Shown here in pieces: positions 38,602 to 48,363 of a DNA stretch of 64,000 nt. The number at the start of each line of letters is the position of its first letter. Within the stretch, counting starts at the first letter, position 1. Location of the stretch: contig CAVVCZ010000004.1 of NCBI GenBank assembly GCA_963746845.1, positions 608,001-672,000 on the forward strand, written 5' to 3'. Under the pieces are notes generated by a model. It did not search any database. It was not told where the DNA came from and was given only the letters and a program-made list of their open reading frames with translations. Origin of the DNA: an uncultured Chloroflexia bacterium (GTDB taxonomy: Bacteria; Chloroflexota; Limnocylindria; Limnocylindrales; CSP1-4). Position numbers and translations under genes: made by a program.

Positions 38602-40515
38602 ATGTCCGACGATCCGCTCGCGCTGGACCCGGAGGCGATGCGCCGGATGGGCTACGCCGTCGTCGACCTGCTCGTCCGCCGGATCGACGAGCTGGCCGCC
38701 GGCCCGGTCCTGCAGGTCGGGAGCCGGTCCGATCTCGAGGTGCGCCTCGCCGAGCCCGCACCCGCCGCGGGCGGCGACTTCGACGAGCTCCTAGCACGGC
38801 TCGACCGCGACGTCCTGCCGTTCGTCGGGCACTTCGACCATCCGCGGTTCTTCGGGTACATCCCGGGCGCCGGAACCTGGCCTGCGGCGCTCGGCGACCT
38901 GATCGCGGCGGCGACGAACATCGATTCGGGTGCCTGGCGCGAGGCATCCGGGCCCAGCCAGCTCGAGCTGACCGTGCTCGACTGGTTCCGTGAGTGGATC
39001 GGCTACCCGGCCGACGCCGCGGGCATCCTGGTGTCGGGTGGCTCCGCGGCAAACCTGACCGCGATCGCCTGCGCGCGGGAGGCGCTCGTCGGGCCGATGT
39101 CGCCCCGGATCGTCGCCTACACGAGCGACCAGACCCACTCGTCGCTCGCCCGCGCCGCGCGCCATCTGGGGTTCCGCCCGGACCAGCTCCGGGTGATCGC
39201 GACGGACGAGCGGTTCCGGATCCGGACGGACGATCTCGCCGCGGCGATCGACGCCGACGCGGACGCCGGACGCCTGCCGTTCCTCGTGATCGCGAACGCG
39301 GGCACGACGAACACCGGCGCCGTCGACGACCTCACCTCGATCGCCGCGATCTGCCGAGAGCGCGGGATCTGGCTGCACGTCGACGGCGCGTACGGGGCGT
39401 TCGCGGTGCTGACGGAGCGCGGCCGAGCGGCAATGCCCGGGCTCGACCTCGCCGACTCCGTGACCCTCGACCCGCACAAGTGGCTGGCGATGCCGTTCGA
39501 GGTCGGCTGTCTGATGGTCCGTGACGGCGCGGCCCTCGAGCGCGCCTTCGCGTTGCACCCGGAGTACCTCCGCGAGTTCGGGGATGAGGGGCGGGCCGTC
39601 AACTTCGCCGACCGCGGCCTCCAGCTGACGCGTGCGAGCCGAGCGATCAAGGTCTGGCTCGCGATCCAGACCTTCGGGGTCGATGCGTTCCGCTCGGTCA
39701 TCGATCGGTGCATGGACCTGGCCCTCGAGGCTCAGCGGCGGATCGAGGCGGACGAGCGACTGGAGCTCGTCACCACGGCATCGCTCGGGATCGTGACGTT
39801 CCGGCGGCGGGGCGAGGCCGGCGAGCCGCCCCATGAGACCGACCGGCGGAGCGAGCGGGTCGTGACCGCGCTGGCCGCCGCGGGCGACGTGCTCGTCACG
39901 TCCACCGTCATCCACGGGCGGTATGCGATCCGCCTCTGTGTCCTCAACCACACCTCCGGGCTCGCGGACGTGCTCGCCGCCCTGGAGCGGGTCGCCTCGC
40001 TCGAGGTGCCGGCCGCCGACGCGTCGACGAACGGGTCAAGCCCGCACCGACCTGAACGCGGATCGGACCAGGCACGGCTGCCACCGGATCGCTCCGCCCT
40101 GCGGTTGCTGACGCCCGCCGACCTGCGGGCGATCGGGCCGTTCGCGTCGGTGTCGGACGACGACGCGACGCGCTTCCTCGCGACGGGGCGCGCCGAGCGG
40201 CGGGCGCCGGGCGAGGCCGTGACGGAGCGTTGGACCCTCGCGCGGACGTTCTACCTCGTCACGTCGGGGCGGCTGTCCATCCGGATCGACGACCGCGAGG
40301 TGAACGCCCTCGGGCCGGGCGACTACCTCGGCGAGATCGCCGCGATGGACTGGGGACGGGACTTCAGCTATGGACGGACGGCGACCGCGGTCGCGACCGA
40401 GCCGACCGACCTGCTCGCGTTCCCGGCCGCCGCGCTCCGCGAGCTGATGGCGGACGACCCGGCGGTGGACCGGGCGCTCCGCCTGATCGCCCACGAGCGG
40501 CTCGCCTCCCGCTGA
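38602..40515 (+). CDS. Group II PLP decarboxylase fused to a cyclic-nucleotide-binding domain
   Basis: HPRFFGYIP, LHVDGAYG, DPHKWL; C-terminal FYLVTSG..LGPGDYLGEIA..RTATAVA. Confidence 0.88.
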   Translation: MSDDPLALDPEAMRRMGYAVVDLLVRRIDELAAGPVLQVGSRSDLEVRLAEPAPAAGGDFDELLARLDRDVLPFVGHFDHPRFFGYIPGAGTWPAALGDLIAAATNIDSGAWREASGPSQLELTVLDWFREWIGYPADAAGILVSGGSAANLTAIACAREALVGPMSPRIVAYTSDQTHSSLARAARHLGFRPDQLRVIATDERFRIRTDDLAAAIDADADAGRLPFLVIANAGTTNTGAVDDLTSIAAICRERGIWLHVDGAYGAFAVLTERGRAAMPGLDLADSVTLDPHKWLAMPFEVGCLMVRDGAALERAFALHPEYLREFGDEGRAVNFADRGLQLTRASRAIKVWLAIQTFGVDAFRSVIDRCMDLALEAQRRIEADERLELVTTASLGIVTFRRRGEAGEPPHETDRRSERVVTALAAAGDVLVTSTVIHGRYAIRLCVLNHTSGLADVLAALERVASLEVPAADASTNGSSPHRPERGSDQARLPPDRSALRLLTPADLRAIGPFASVSDDDATRFLATGRAERRAPGEAVTERWTLARTFYLVTSGRLSIRIDDREVNALGPGDYLGEIAAMDWGRDFSYGRTATAVATEPTDLLAFPAAALRELMADDPAVDRALRLIAHERLASR

Positions 40516-40523
40516 GCCCGGCC

Positions 40524-41210
40524 TCAGGCGCTCGGCGCCGCCGGCGGGGCTTCCGCGAGCACGTACTGCAACGGCTCGAGGTTGCGGAACCGGAAGGCGA
40601 TGTCACCGCGGTCCACGATCCCGAGGCCCAGGTGGTCGAAGAACGGCTCGAGCCCGCGGAGGGTGAACGGCGTGGCGTCCGAGGACGGGGTGCCGTGCGA
40701 GTGGACCGTGCGCCGGCCGGGCTCGGGCGTGCCGAGGTCGACGACGAAGAGCCGTCCGCCGGGCTCCAGCACCCGCCGGACCTGGAACATCGTCCCGTGG
40801 AGCGCATCCGACGGGAGCTGGTGGAGCACGAGCGAGATCAGGACGACGTCGAAGGACGCGTCGGGGAAGGGGAGCGCCTCACCGGCCGTCGCGATGAACG
40901 TCGCATCGACGCGGGCCCGACGGGCCTTCGCTCGCGCCCGGTCCAGCATCTCGATCCCCGGCTCGATGCCCGTGACGGAGCCCGACGGAACGACGGCTCG
41001 GGCCGCGGCGATCGTGAGTGAGCCCGTGCCACAGCCGACGTCGAGGACGCGCTCGCCGGGTCGCAGCCGGGCGAGACGGACCTGCTCGTCGCGGAACCGG
41101 CCCTCACGCCCCCACGACGCGAGCCACAGGCGAAGGTCGTAGCGACGGGGCGTCCGGATCACGAGGCCGCTGGTCTCGGTCGAGGGCTCCGTCGGCCCGG
41201 CCGTGGTCAC
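40524..41210 (-). CDS. Class I SAM-dependent methyltransferase
   Basis: VLDVGCGTG, LPFPDASFDVV, RVLEPGG. Confidence 0.9.
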   Translation of the reverse strand: MTTAGPTEPSTETSGLVIRTPRRYDLRLWLASWGREGRFRDEQVRLARLRPGERVLDVGCGTGSLTIAAARAVVPSGSVTGIEPGIEMLDRARAKARRARVDATFIATAGEALPFPDASFDVVLISLVLHQLPSDALHGTMFQVRRVLEPGGRLFVVDLGTPEPGRRTVHSHGTPSSDATPFTLRGLEPFFDHLGLGIVDRGDIAFRFRNLEPLQYVLAEAPPAAPSA

Positions 41211-41716
41211 GGACGGCTCGCCCCCAGGGCCGGGGGCACCGCGTCCCCGCGCTCAGGTCGGTCGAGGACCGCCTCGAGCTGCGGCTGGTGCTCGCGCTTG
41301 TGGCCGTACATCGAGTACACGAGCAGGTCGTCCATCGCGTACTGGGGTCCGTACCACGGGATCGTCCCGACCGCCGTCCAGCGCTCGCCCGGGACCCGCT
41401 CGGCGAGCGCCATGACCCGAACGACGGCGGCGCGGTACTCGGCCACGACGCGGTCCACGGGCCAGTCGGTCCGGATCGCCGCCTGGTCATCGTTGAAGGT
41501 CGCCGTGTTGGCGGCCATCAGGGCGGACACGTCGGCGTCCCCCAGGAACCAGGCGAGGCAGTCCCCGAACCGGACCTCGAACACGCCCAGGTGCCCGACG
41601 AGGTCCTTCGTCGTCCAGACGCCGAGCGCGATCGCCGGCCAGTCGTCCGGCCGCAGCCGGTCGATCAGCCGGTCGATGTCGCGCTGGCCGTAGCGCAGGA
41701 CGTCGATCGGGTTCAC
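41207..41716 (-). CDS. DinB/MDMPI superfamily protein
   Basis: WTTKDLVGHL ... HKREH; GTGA overlaps on both sides. Confidence 0.8.
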   Translation of the reverse strand: MNPIDVLRYGQRDIDRLIDRLRPDDWPAIALGVWTTKDLVGHLGVFEVRFGDCLAWFLGDADVSALMAANTATFNDDQAAIRTDWPVDRVVAEYRAAVVRVMALAERVPGERWTAVGTIPWYGPQYAMDDLLVYSMYGHKREHQPQLEAVLDRPERGDAVPPALGASRP

Positions 41717-43401
41717 GACGTCGCCACGGCGCCGGCGGTCGTCAGGCGGGCGTCGACCCAGGAGCGGATGGCGCGGTCGAGGACGGGCAGCGGCATCAGC
41801 CCGGACCCGAGCACCGTGTCGTGGAAGCCCTTGATGTCGAACGACGACCCGAGGGCGGCCTCCGCATCGCGGCGCATCCGCTGGATCTCGAGCCGCCCGA
41901 TCATGTAGGCAAGGGCCTGGCCCGGGGTCACCGCGTACCGATCGATCTCCGGCACGATCTGGCTCTCGCGCATCGGTGAGTTCTCGGTCATGTACGCGAT
42001 CGCCCGCCCCCGGCTCCAGCCCATCGCGTGCATCCCGGTGTCGACCACGAGCCGGCAGGCACGCATCGAATCGGCCTCCAGCATGCCCATCCGGTCGAGG
42101 GGCGTGCCGTACAGGCCCATCTCGTCGGCGAGCCGCTCCGTGTACAGGCCCCAGCCCTCGCCGTAGGCCGCGATGAAGGCGCGCTTGCGGAACTCGGGGA
42201 TGCCCGTCAGCTCCATCGAGATCGCCAGCTGGAGGTGATGCCCCGGGATGCCCTCGTGGTACGACGTCGCCTCGATCTGGTAGCGCCCCCAGCCGGTGGG
42301 ATCGCTCGTGTTCATGAAGAACACGCCGCCGCGCGACCCGTCCCTCGTGGGCGGAAAGTAGAAGGCGATGGCGCCGGTCTTCGTCTCCTCGACGTCGCAT
42401 GCGGCCTTCGGGAGGATCCCGAACCAGTCGCCCATCGCCGCGGCCGCCTTCGCCATCGCCGCCTTCGACGCGGCGACGATGTCCGGGCCGTTCGTGTGGT
42501 GGAGCGCGGGGTCCTCGCGCAAGCGGCGGAAGATCTCGGGCACGTCGTCGGTTCCGAGGACCTGGCGGCCGAGGACGCGATACTCGCCCGCGAGCTTCTC
42601 GACCTGCCGGAGCCCGATCTCGTGGATCTCCTGCGCGGTCAGGTCGAGGGTCGTGTGGTACTTGATCATCCGGTCGTACACGTCGTCGCCGTCGGCGAGC
42701 CACGTGAGCCCGACGTGGTCGTCGTCGCGGGCGTGGGGCCGGACCCGATCGCGGATCGTGTCGCGATAGGCGGCCATCGCGGGGCGGACGTCCGTGGCGA
42801 TGACGTCGCGGATCCGGGCACGCCAGGCGTCGACGTCGGCGACGCCGGTCGGCTCGTCCGTGTGGAGGAGCGGGTCGTCGTCCATCGGCAGGGCGAGCCA
42901 TCGGTCGATCTGCTCGACCGTGTCGTCGATCGCGAACGCGGCCGGCGTCCGGTTCCGGTCCACACCGACGAGCAGCTGGTCGCTCATGTCCCGGAAGTTC
43001 GTCGCCATCCCGTGGACCTTGGGGATCATCGCCTCGGCGACCTCGGCGTTCGGGATCGGGAACTTCGGCATCCGGACCGGCAGGCCGGCCTGCTGTCCGA
43101 AGATCGGGTCGACCCCGAACTCCCCGAGGTGCGCGTCGAGGACCGACGCATTGCGCCGACCGTCGAAGACGAGCATCTCGCGGGTGATCGCGTCCTGGGC
43201 GGAGAGCCCGGCGGGATCGATCGCCTCCGCACGCGCGGCAAAGGCGAGACGTCGCGCCATCTCGGCGTCCTCGCCGGCGCGACTGGCGTCGTCGAACAGG
43301 TCGACGTGCTCGTAGTTCCCCATCATGTGGCCCCAGCTGGGCCACGCCTCGAGGAGGAACTCGAAGTACTCCTGGGCGAGGGCGTTGACGTCGTCGGCCA
43401 C
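41713..43401 (-). CDS. DUF885 domain protein
   Basis: YHEGIPGHHLQ, AYGEGWGLYTERL, PGQALAYMIG. Confidence 0.92.
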   Translation of the reverse strand: MADDVNALAQEYFEFLLEAWPSWGHMMGNYEHVDLFDDASRAGEDAEMARRLAFAARAEAIDPAGLSAQDAITREMLVFDGRRNASVLDAHLGEFGVDPIFGQQAGLPVRMPKFPIPNAEVAEAMIPKVHGMATNFRDMSDQLLVGVDRNRTPAAFAIDDTVEQIDRWLALPMDDDPLLHTDEPTGVADVDAWRARIRDVIATDVRPAMAAYRDTIRDRVRPHARDDDHVGLTWLADGDDVYDRMIKYHTTLDLTAQEIHEIGLRQVEKLAGEYRVLGRQVLGTDDVPEIFRRLREDPALHHTNGPDIVAASKAAMAKAAAAMGDWFGILPKAACDVEETKTGAIAFYFPPTRDGSRGGVFFMNTSDPTGWGRYQIEATSYHEGIPGHHLQLAISMELTGIPEFRKRAFIAAYGEGWGLYTERLADEMGLYGTPLDRMGMLEADSMRACRLVVDTGMHAMGWSRGRAIAYMTENSPMRESQIVPEIDRYAVTPGQALAYMIGRLEIQRMRRDAEAALGSSFDIKGFHDTVLGSGLMPLPVLDRAIRSWVDARLTTAGAVATS

Positions 43402-43499
43402 GACCGAACCTCCGTTGCGGGACCGCGGGTCTGTTGCGACCGATGCTAGCGGTCGGCATCGCCTTGCGGGCCGGGGTTCGTCCCCGCCACACTGGATGG

Positions 43500-44012
43500 G
43501 TGACCGGTCCGGCGCCCATTCCGCTCGTCGAGCAGCTGCGGTTCACCCGCGCCGAGTTCCGGCGCGGGCTGCGTGGGACGCCCGACGCCGACGGCCTCCG
43601 TCGCCTCGAGCCGATGAACTCGATCGGCTGGATCGTCGCCCACATGGCGTGGCACGAGCAGCGCTACTGGCTGACCCGCGCCCAGGACCTGACGCCTCAG
43701 CCGGAGCTCAACGAGATCGCCCGCAACGGCGGCCCGCCGACGACGCCGCCCCTGCGCTCGATGCTGGCCGCCTGGAAGGTCGTCACCGAGGCCGCCGATC
43801 CGTGGCTCGACGAGCTGACCGCGGCGGATCTGGTCCAGCCCCTCCGCGGCTCCGGGCCACAGCGGGTCATCGGATCCGCGCTCCAGCGGGTGACCTATCA
43901 CTACTGGTTCCACACCGGCGAGATCCTCGCGATCCGCCAGGTCCTGGGGCATCCGCGGCTCCCGGAGTTCGTCGGCAACATCGACGACGAAGCGCCGTAC
44001 CGCCCGGGCTGA
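43500..44012 (+). CDS. DinB family protein
   Basis: NSIGWIVAHMAWHE ... HYWFHTGEI. Confidence 0.85.
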   Translation: MTGPAPIPLVEQLRFTRAEFRRGLRGTPDADGLRRLEPMNSIGWIVAHMAWHEQRYWLTRAQDLTPQPELNEIARNGGPPTTPPLRSMLAAWKVVTEAADPWLDELTAADLVQPLRGSGPQRVIGSALQRVTYHYWFHTGEILAIRQVLGHPRLPEFVGNIDDEAPYRPG

Positions 44013-44013
44013 C

Positions 44014-44955
44014 GTGCCCCGCACGCGAATTCCGGAGGACGTCCTGACGCTGGCCCACCAGCGTGCGGCCGCGCGTGCCGCGCGGGACTGGCCGGCGGCC
44101 GACCGGCTCCGCGCAGAGATCGAAGCGGCCGGCTGGAAGGTCGTCGACCGGGGCACCGACTTCGCGCTCGAGCCGGCCCATCCCCCGACCGTGGAGGCCG
44201 ACGGGGCGACGCTCTACGGGTCCAGCGAGGCCGTCCCGTCGCGGCTCGCCGACCCGGACGCAGGCGTCGCCTCGGTCGTCCTCGTGGCGACGGACTGGCC
44301 GGCCGACCTGACCCGCGCGCTCGCGGGGGTGCGCTCAGGGCTCCCCGCGGGGGTCTCGATCGTCGTGGTCGCCGACGGGCCCTCGCCGGACCAGGCGGAG
44401 GCCCTGCGGGACGATGTTGCCGACCTCGAGGTCGTCCGGACCAGCGAACGGCTCGGCACCGGAGCGGCCTGGAACATCGGCATCCAGCGGTCGCAGGGAC
44501 CCGTCGTCGTCATCCTCGACACGTCGATCGAGCCACTCGGCGATGTCGTCACGCCCCTCGTCGCGGCGCTCGACGACCCATCCGTCGCCGTCGCGGGCGG
44601 CTTCGGGATCGTGAGCCCGGACCTGCGGCGGTTCGAGGACGCGCCGCCCGGCGAGGTCACCGCGATCGAGGGGTACGCGATCGCGTTCCGGCGTGCGGAC
44701 GCGGCCGACCGCGGCCCGATCGACGAACGGTTCCGGTTCTACCGCAACCTCGACATCTGGTGGAGCCTCGTGCTCCGCGACGCGGGGGAGGAGGAGCAGC
44801 CGCGACGGGCCGTCTCCGTCCCGCTGCCGGCCACGCGTCACGAGCATCGGGGGTGGACGTCCGTGCCGGACGCAGAGCGCGACCGGCTCAGCAAACGCAA
44901 CTTCTACCGGATCATCGACCGCTTCGGTCCCCGCCTGGACCTGGCGACCGGCTGA
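44014..44955 (+). CDS. GT2-like glycosyltransferase with N-terminal CysRS anticodon-binding-like domain
   Basis: N-terminal RAAARAARDWPAADRLRAEIEAAGWKVVD; IVVVADG, GTGAAWNIG, VILDTS, IDERFRFYRNLD. Confidence 0.8.
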   Translation: MPRTRIPEDVLTLAHQRAAARAARDWPAADRLRAEIEAAGWKVVDRGTDFALEPAHPPTVEADGATLYGSSEAVPSRLADPDAGVASVVLVATDWPADLTRALAGVRSGLPAGVSIVVVADGPSPDQAEALRDDVADLEVVRTSERLGTGAAWNIGIQRSQGPVVVILDTSIEPLGDVVTPLVAALDDPSVAVAGGFGIVSPDLRRFEDAPPGEVTAIEGYAIAFRRADAADRGPIDERFRFYRNLDIWWSLVLRDAGEEEQPRRAVSVPLPATRHEHRGWTSVPDAERDRLSKRNFYRIIDRFGPRLDLATG

Positions 44956-46491
44956 TCAGCGGGGCCGCGCCGTCTGGCCGTCCGGCCCGTCGATCACCTC
45001 GAAGCCGAGCTCGGCGATCTCCGTGCGGAGGCGATCCGCGGTCGCGAAGTCCCGGGTCGCGCGGGCCGCGTCGCGCTCACGGAGCAGGCCGGTCACCTGA
45101 TCGGGGAGGGGCGCCTCGACGGCCGCCAGCGGCACACGATCCAGGTCCAGCCCCAGCACGGCATCCGCGTCCAGGACGAGCCAGCGCCGCTCGTCCGCCG
45201 GCAGGTCCGAGCGCAAGGTCTCGCGGACGACCGCGAGCGCGGTCGGCAGGTCGAGATCGTCATCCAGGGCGGTGACGAATCGGTCATGGAACGCTCGTCC
45301 GGCCGCCGAGAGCGGCGCGGCCGGCGCATCGGCGCGGTCGGTCGGCTCGGGACCGTCACCATCGCCATTCCCGGCCACGCCACGTGCCGTCCCCACGGGT
45401 CGATCGGCCGCCGCCCCGGCGTGGAGCGCGGGCGGCGCTGCCCACGGCCCTTCGGCGGGCGCCGGCCCAAGCGCCGCCAGGCCGGACCGCAGAGAGGCGA
45501 GCCCGGCGCCCGCCGCGGCGAGCGACTCATCGGTGTACTCCAGCTTGTGCCGGTAGCGCGACGTCAGGCACAGGTACCGAAAGGCGAGCGGATCGACGCC
45601 GCGCGCCGCCACGTCCGCGATCCGCTCGATGTTGCCGGCCGATTTGGCCATCTTCTTCCCGCCGACCTGGAGGAACTCGCCGTGGACCCAGACCCGCGCG
45701 GGCGGTCCGCCGACGATCGGCGCCGACTGGGCGATCTCGTCTTCGTGGTGGGGGAACACGTTGTCGATCCCGCCGCTGTGCAGGTCGAACCGCGGGCCCA
45801 GGTGCCGGAGCGCCATCGCCGAGCATTCGAGGTGCCAGCCGGGGAAGCCCTCGCCCCAGCGTGGCGTCGGCCACTTCAGCTGACGACCCTCGCCGGCGGC
45901 CTTCCACAGGGCGAAGTCGGCCGGGTCGCGCTTGTCGCCCTCGATCTCGCCGCGATGGCCCGCCCGGAGCGCGTCGAGGGTGTTGCCGGACAGGGCGCCG
46001 TACGACGGGAACGACGCGACCGCGTAGTACACGTTGCCCGCATCGCTGACGTAGGCGTGGCCGGCGTCGACCAGGCGCTCGGCGAGGTCGACCATCTCCG
46101 GGATGTGCTCGGTCGCGCGCGGGAAGACGTGCGCCGGCAGCAGGTTGAGCAGCGCGGCGTCCGCGTGGAACGCCGCCTCGTACGCGTCCGCGATCTCGGC
46201 GGTCGTCTTGTGCTCGAGCCCGGCCGCGACGAGCATCCGGTCCTCGCCCCGATCGAACCGCTCGTCCCGGAGATGGCCGACGTCCGTGATGTTCTGGACG
46301 TGGAGGACGGGGATGCCGTGGTACAGCACGACCCGGCGGATGAGGTCGGCGAGAAGGAACGTGCGGAGGTTGCCGACGTGGGCGAACCGGTAGACCGTCG
46401 GGCCGCACGAGTACATCCGGAGCCGCTCGCCGTCGGCCGGCTCGACCGGATCGAGCGATCGCGTCAACGTGTTGCGCAGCCGGAGGGTCAT
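44956..46491 (-). CDS. cysS: Cysteine--tRNA ligase
   Basis: YSCGPTVY..AHVGN, PGWHLEC, FPHHEDE, KMAKS, DDDL, C-terminal RDFATADRLR. Confidence 0.95.
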   Translation of the reverse strand: MTLRLRNTLTRSLDPVEPADGERLRMYSCGPTVYRFAHVGNLRTFLLADLIRRVVLYHGIPVLHVQNITDVGHLRDERFDRGEDRMLVAAGLEHKTTAEIADAYEAAFHADAALLNLLPAHVFPRATEHIPEMVDLAERLVDAGHAYVSDAGNVYYAVASFPSYGALSGNTLDALRAGHRGEIEGDKRDPADFALWKAAGEGRQLKWPTPRWGEGFPGWHLECSAMALRHLGPRFDLHSGGIDNVFPHHEDEIAQSAPIVGGPPARVWVHGEFLQVGGKKMAKSAGNIERIADVAARGVDPLAFRYLCLTSRYRHKLEYTDESLAAAGAGLASLRSGLAALGPAPAEGPWAAPPALHAGAAADRPVGTARGVAGNGDGDGPEPTDRADAPAAPLSAAGRAFHDRFVTALDDDLDLPTALAVVRETLRSDLPADERRWLVLDADAVLGLDLDRVPLAAVEAPLPDQVTGLLRERDAARATRDFATADRLRTEIAELGFEVIDGPDGQTARPR

Positions 46492-46546
46492 GGGCGTGGA
46501 TTCTGCCCCAGGGGGCCGGATCGGGGGGCCACCATATACTCCCGCC

Positions 46547-46720
46547 ATGCGCCGCTGGGTCTGTATCGTCGCCCTCCTCGCCGGGTTCGCCGGCGACGAT
46601 TACGTTCGTGGCGCGCGCCTCCGTGACCCCGTTGCCGTCGAGCGCCTGATCGATCCGCGCAGGTCCGGGACCCGTGGATGGACGCCGACGGAGGCGTGGT
46701 GGTCGCGAACGCGCGGATGA
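46547..46720 (+). CDS. Possible leaderless 57-aa small protein
   Basis: TATACT six nt before ATG; stop overlaps the next start (ATGA). Confidence 0.4.
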   Translation: MRRWVCIVALLAGFAGDDYVRGARLRDPVAVERLIDPRRSGTRGWTPTEAWWSRTRG

Positions 46721-48363
46721 CCCTGGGCGGCCGCGACGCACGCCCGGCCACCCGATCCGAACGACCATCCCCGGCCCGCCGTCGACGTCGACGCGTGGGT
46801 CCGGCGCTGGTCGGCCTGCTCGTGGCCGTCCAGGTGCTGCTCGCGCCGGCCCCGCCGCCGTTCGGCGCGCCGGCGGTCCATGCCGCGACGGACGATCCCG
46901 TGCGGATCCTGCTCGGCAAGGCCGACTCGCTCGATCCGGCGAAGCAGGGCGACATCGGCAGCGCCGCCGTGTCGGCCCAGCTGTTCGAGAGCCTGACCGC
47001 GATCGACGCCGGGCTCCAGACCCGCCCCGCCCTGGCGGCGTCCTGGGAGTTCCGGGACGGCGGCTCGACCGTCGTCTTCCATCTCCGCCCCGATCTCGCG
47101 TTCAGCGACGGCACGCCGCTCACGGCCGCGGACGTGGTCCGGAGCTGGCTGCGCATCGTCGACCCGGCCGATCCGTCCCCGCTCGTGAGCCTGATGGGCG
47201 ACGTCGACGGCGCGCTCGCCTACGCCCATGGCCAGACCGCCGATCCCGCGTCGGTCGGTCTGTCGGCCAGTGGCGGCGACGTCGTGGTCCGGCTGGACCG
47301 GCCCGCGAGCGACTTCCCGACGATCGTCGCGTCGCCGACGTTCGGGATCGTCCCGCCCGGGATCGACACCTCGCCGAGCACGCTCGAGCCGGGCTCGAGA
47401 TTCGTCGGGAGCGGTGGCTATGTGATGACCCGCTCGGACGATACGAGCTCGACGCTGACGGCCAACGACCACTACTGGGCGGGCCGCCCGGCGATCGGGA
47501 CGATCGAGCTCGTGCATGACATCGGCGGGCGGAGCTCCGTGACGGCGTTCGAGGACGGCGACATCGACCTCGCCGATGTCTCGTCGTTCGACGCGTCGTG
47601 GATCGCCTACGACGCCGCCCTCGGGCCGCAGCTCCGTCGATCGGACGGCCTGTCCCTGCGCTACTACGGGTTCGACACCTCCCGTCCACCGTTCGACGAC
47701 ATCCGGGTCCGCCAGGCCTTCGCGGGCGCGGTCGACTGGCGGCGGCTGATCAGCCTGACGTCCGCGGGCACGAGCACCCCCGCCACCGGCATGGTGCCGC
47801 CGGGAATTCCCGGCCGGAGCGACGCGGACTTCCTCCCGGTCCACGACCCGGACGCCGCACGGGCCCTTCTGTCCGCAGCGGGCTACCCGGGCGGAAAGGG
47901 GTTCCCGACGACCGTCCTGCTCGGCGGCGGTCCGGAGGACCGAGCCTTCGCATCCGAGATCCAGCGCGAGCTCGGCGTCACGATCGACGTCGAGGTCCAG
48001 GGCGACGGGTTCTTCGACCGGCTGGAGAGCGATCCACCCCAGATCTTCTCGATGGGCTGGATCGCCGACTATCCGGGACCGAACGACTTCCTCGGGATCC
48101 TGCTCGGGACGGGGGCGTCGAACAACTACGGCCGCTGGTCGTCGCCGGCGTTCGACGGCGCGATCTCGGACGCGCTCACGGCGCGCGATCCGGCGGTCAC
48201 CCGCGCCGCGTTCGACCGGGCCGAGACGATCATCCGGGACGATGCGCCCGCGATCCCCCTGACGTACGACGTCGAATGGCTGCTGGCCCGACGGGGGCTG
48301 CTCGGCGCCTACGCGAACGGGCTCGGGGTCATCCGCATGGCGGGGCTCGCGTGGACCAGCTGA
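46717..48363 (+). CDS. Peptide ABC transporter substrate-binding protein (family 5)
   Basis: SLDPA, FSDGTPLTAADV, PPFDDIRVRQAF, GWIADYP. Confidence 0.92.
   Translation: MTLGGRDARPATRSERPSPARRRRRRVGPALVGLLVAVQVLLAPAPPPFGAPAVHAATDDPVRILLGKADSLDPAKQGDIGSAAVSAQLFESLTAIDAGLQTRPALAASWEFRDGGSTVVFHLRPDLAFSDGTPLTAADVVRSWLRIVDPADPSPLVSLMGDVDGALAYAHGQTADPASVGLSASGGDVVVRLDRPASDFPTIVASPTFGIVPPGIDTSPSTLEPGSRFVGSGGYVMTRSDDTSSTLTANDHYWAGRPAIGTIELVHDIGGRSSVTAFEDGDIDLADVSSFDASWIAYDAALGPQLRRSDGLSLRYYGFDTSRPPFDDIRVRQAFAGAVDWRRLISLTSAGTSTPATGMVPPGIPGRSDADFLPVHDPDAARALLSAAGYPGGKGFPTTVLLGGGPEDRAFASEIQRELGVTIDVEVQGDGFFDRLESDPPQIFSMGWIADYPGPNDFLGILLGTGASNNYGRWSSPAFDGAISDALTARDPAVTRAAFDRAETIIRDDAPAIPLTYDVEWLLARRGLLGAYANGLGVIRMAGLAWTS

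Noticed and set aside
44956-46491. MshC (mycothiol ligase) instead of CysRS
   Set aside because: It retains the C-terminal anticodon-binding domain that MshC lacks.
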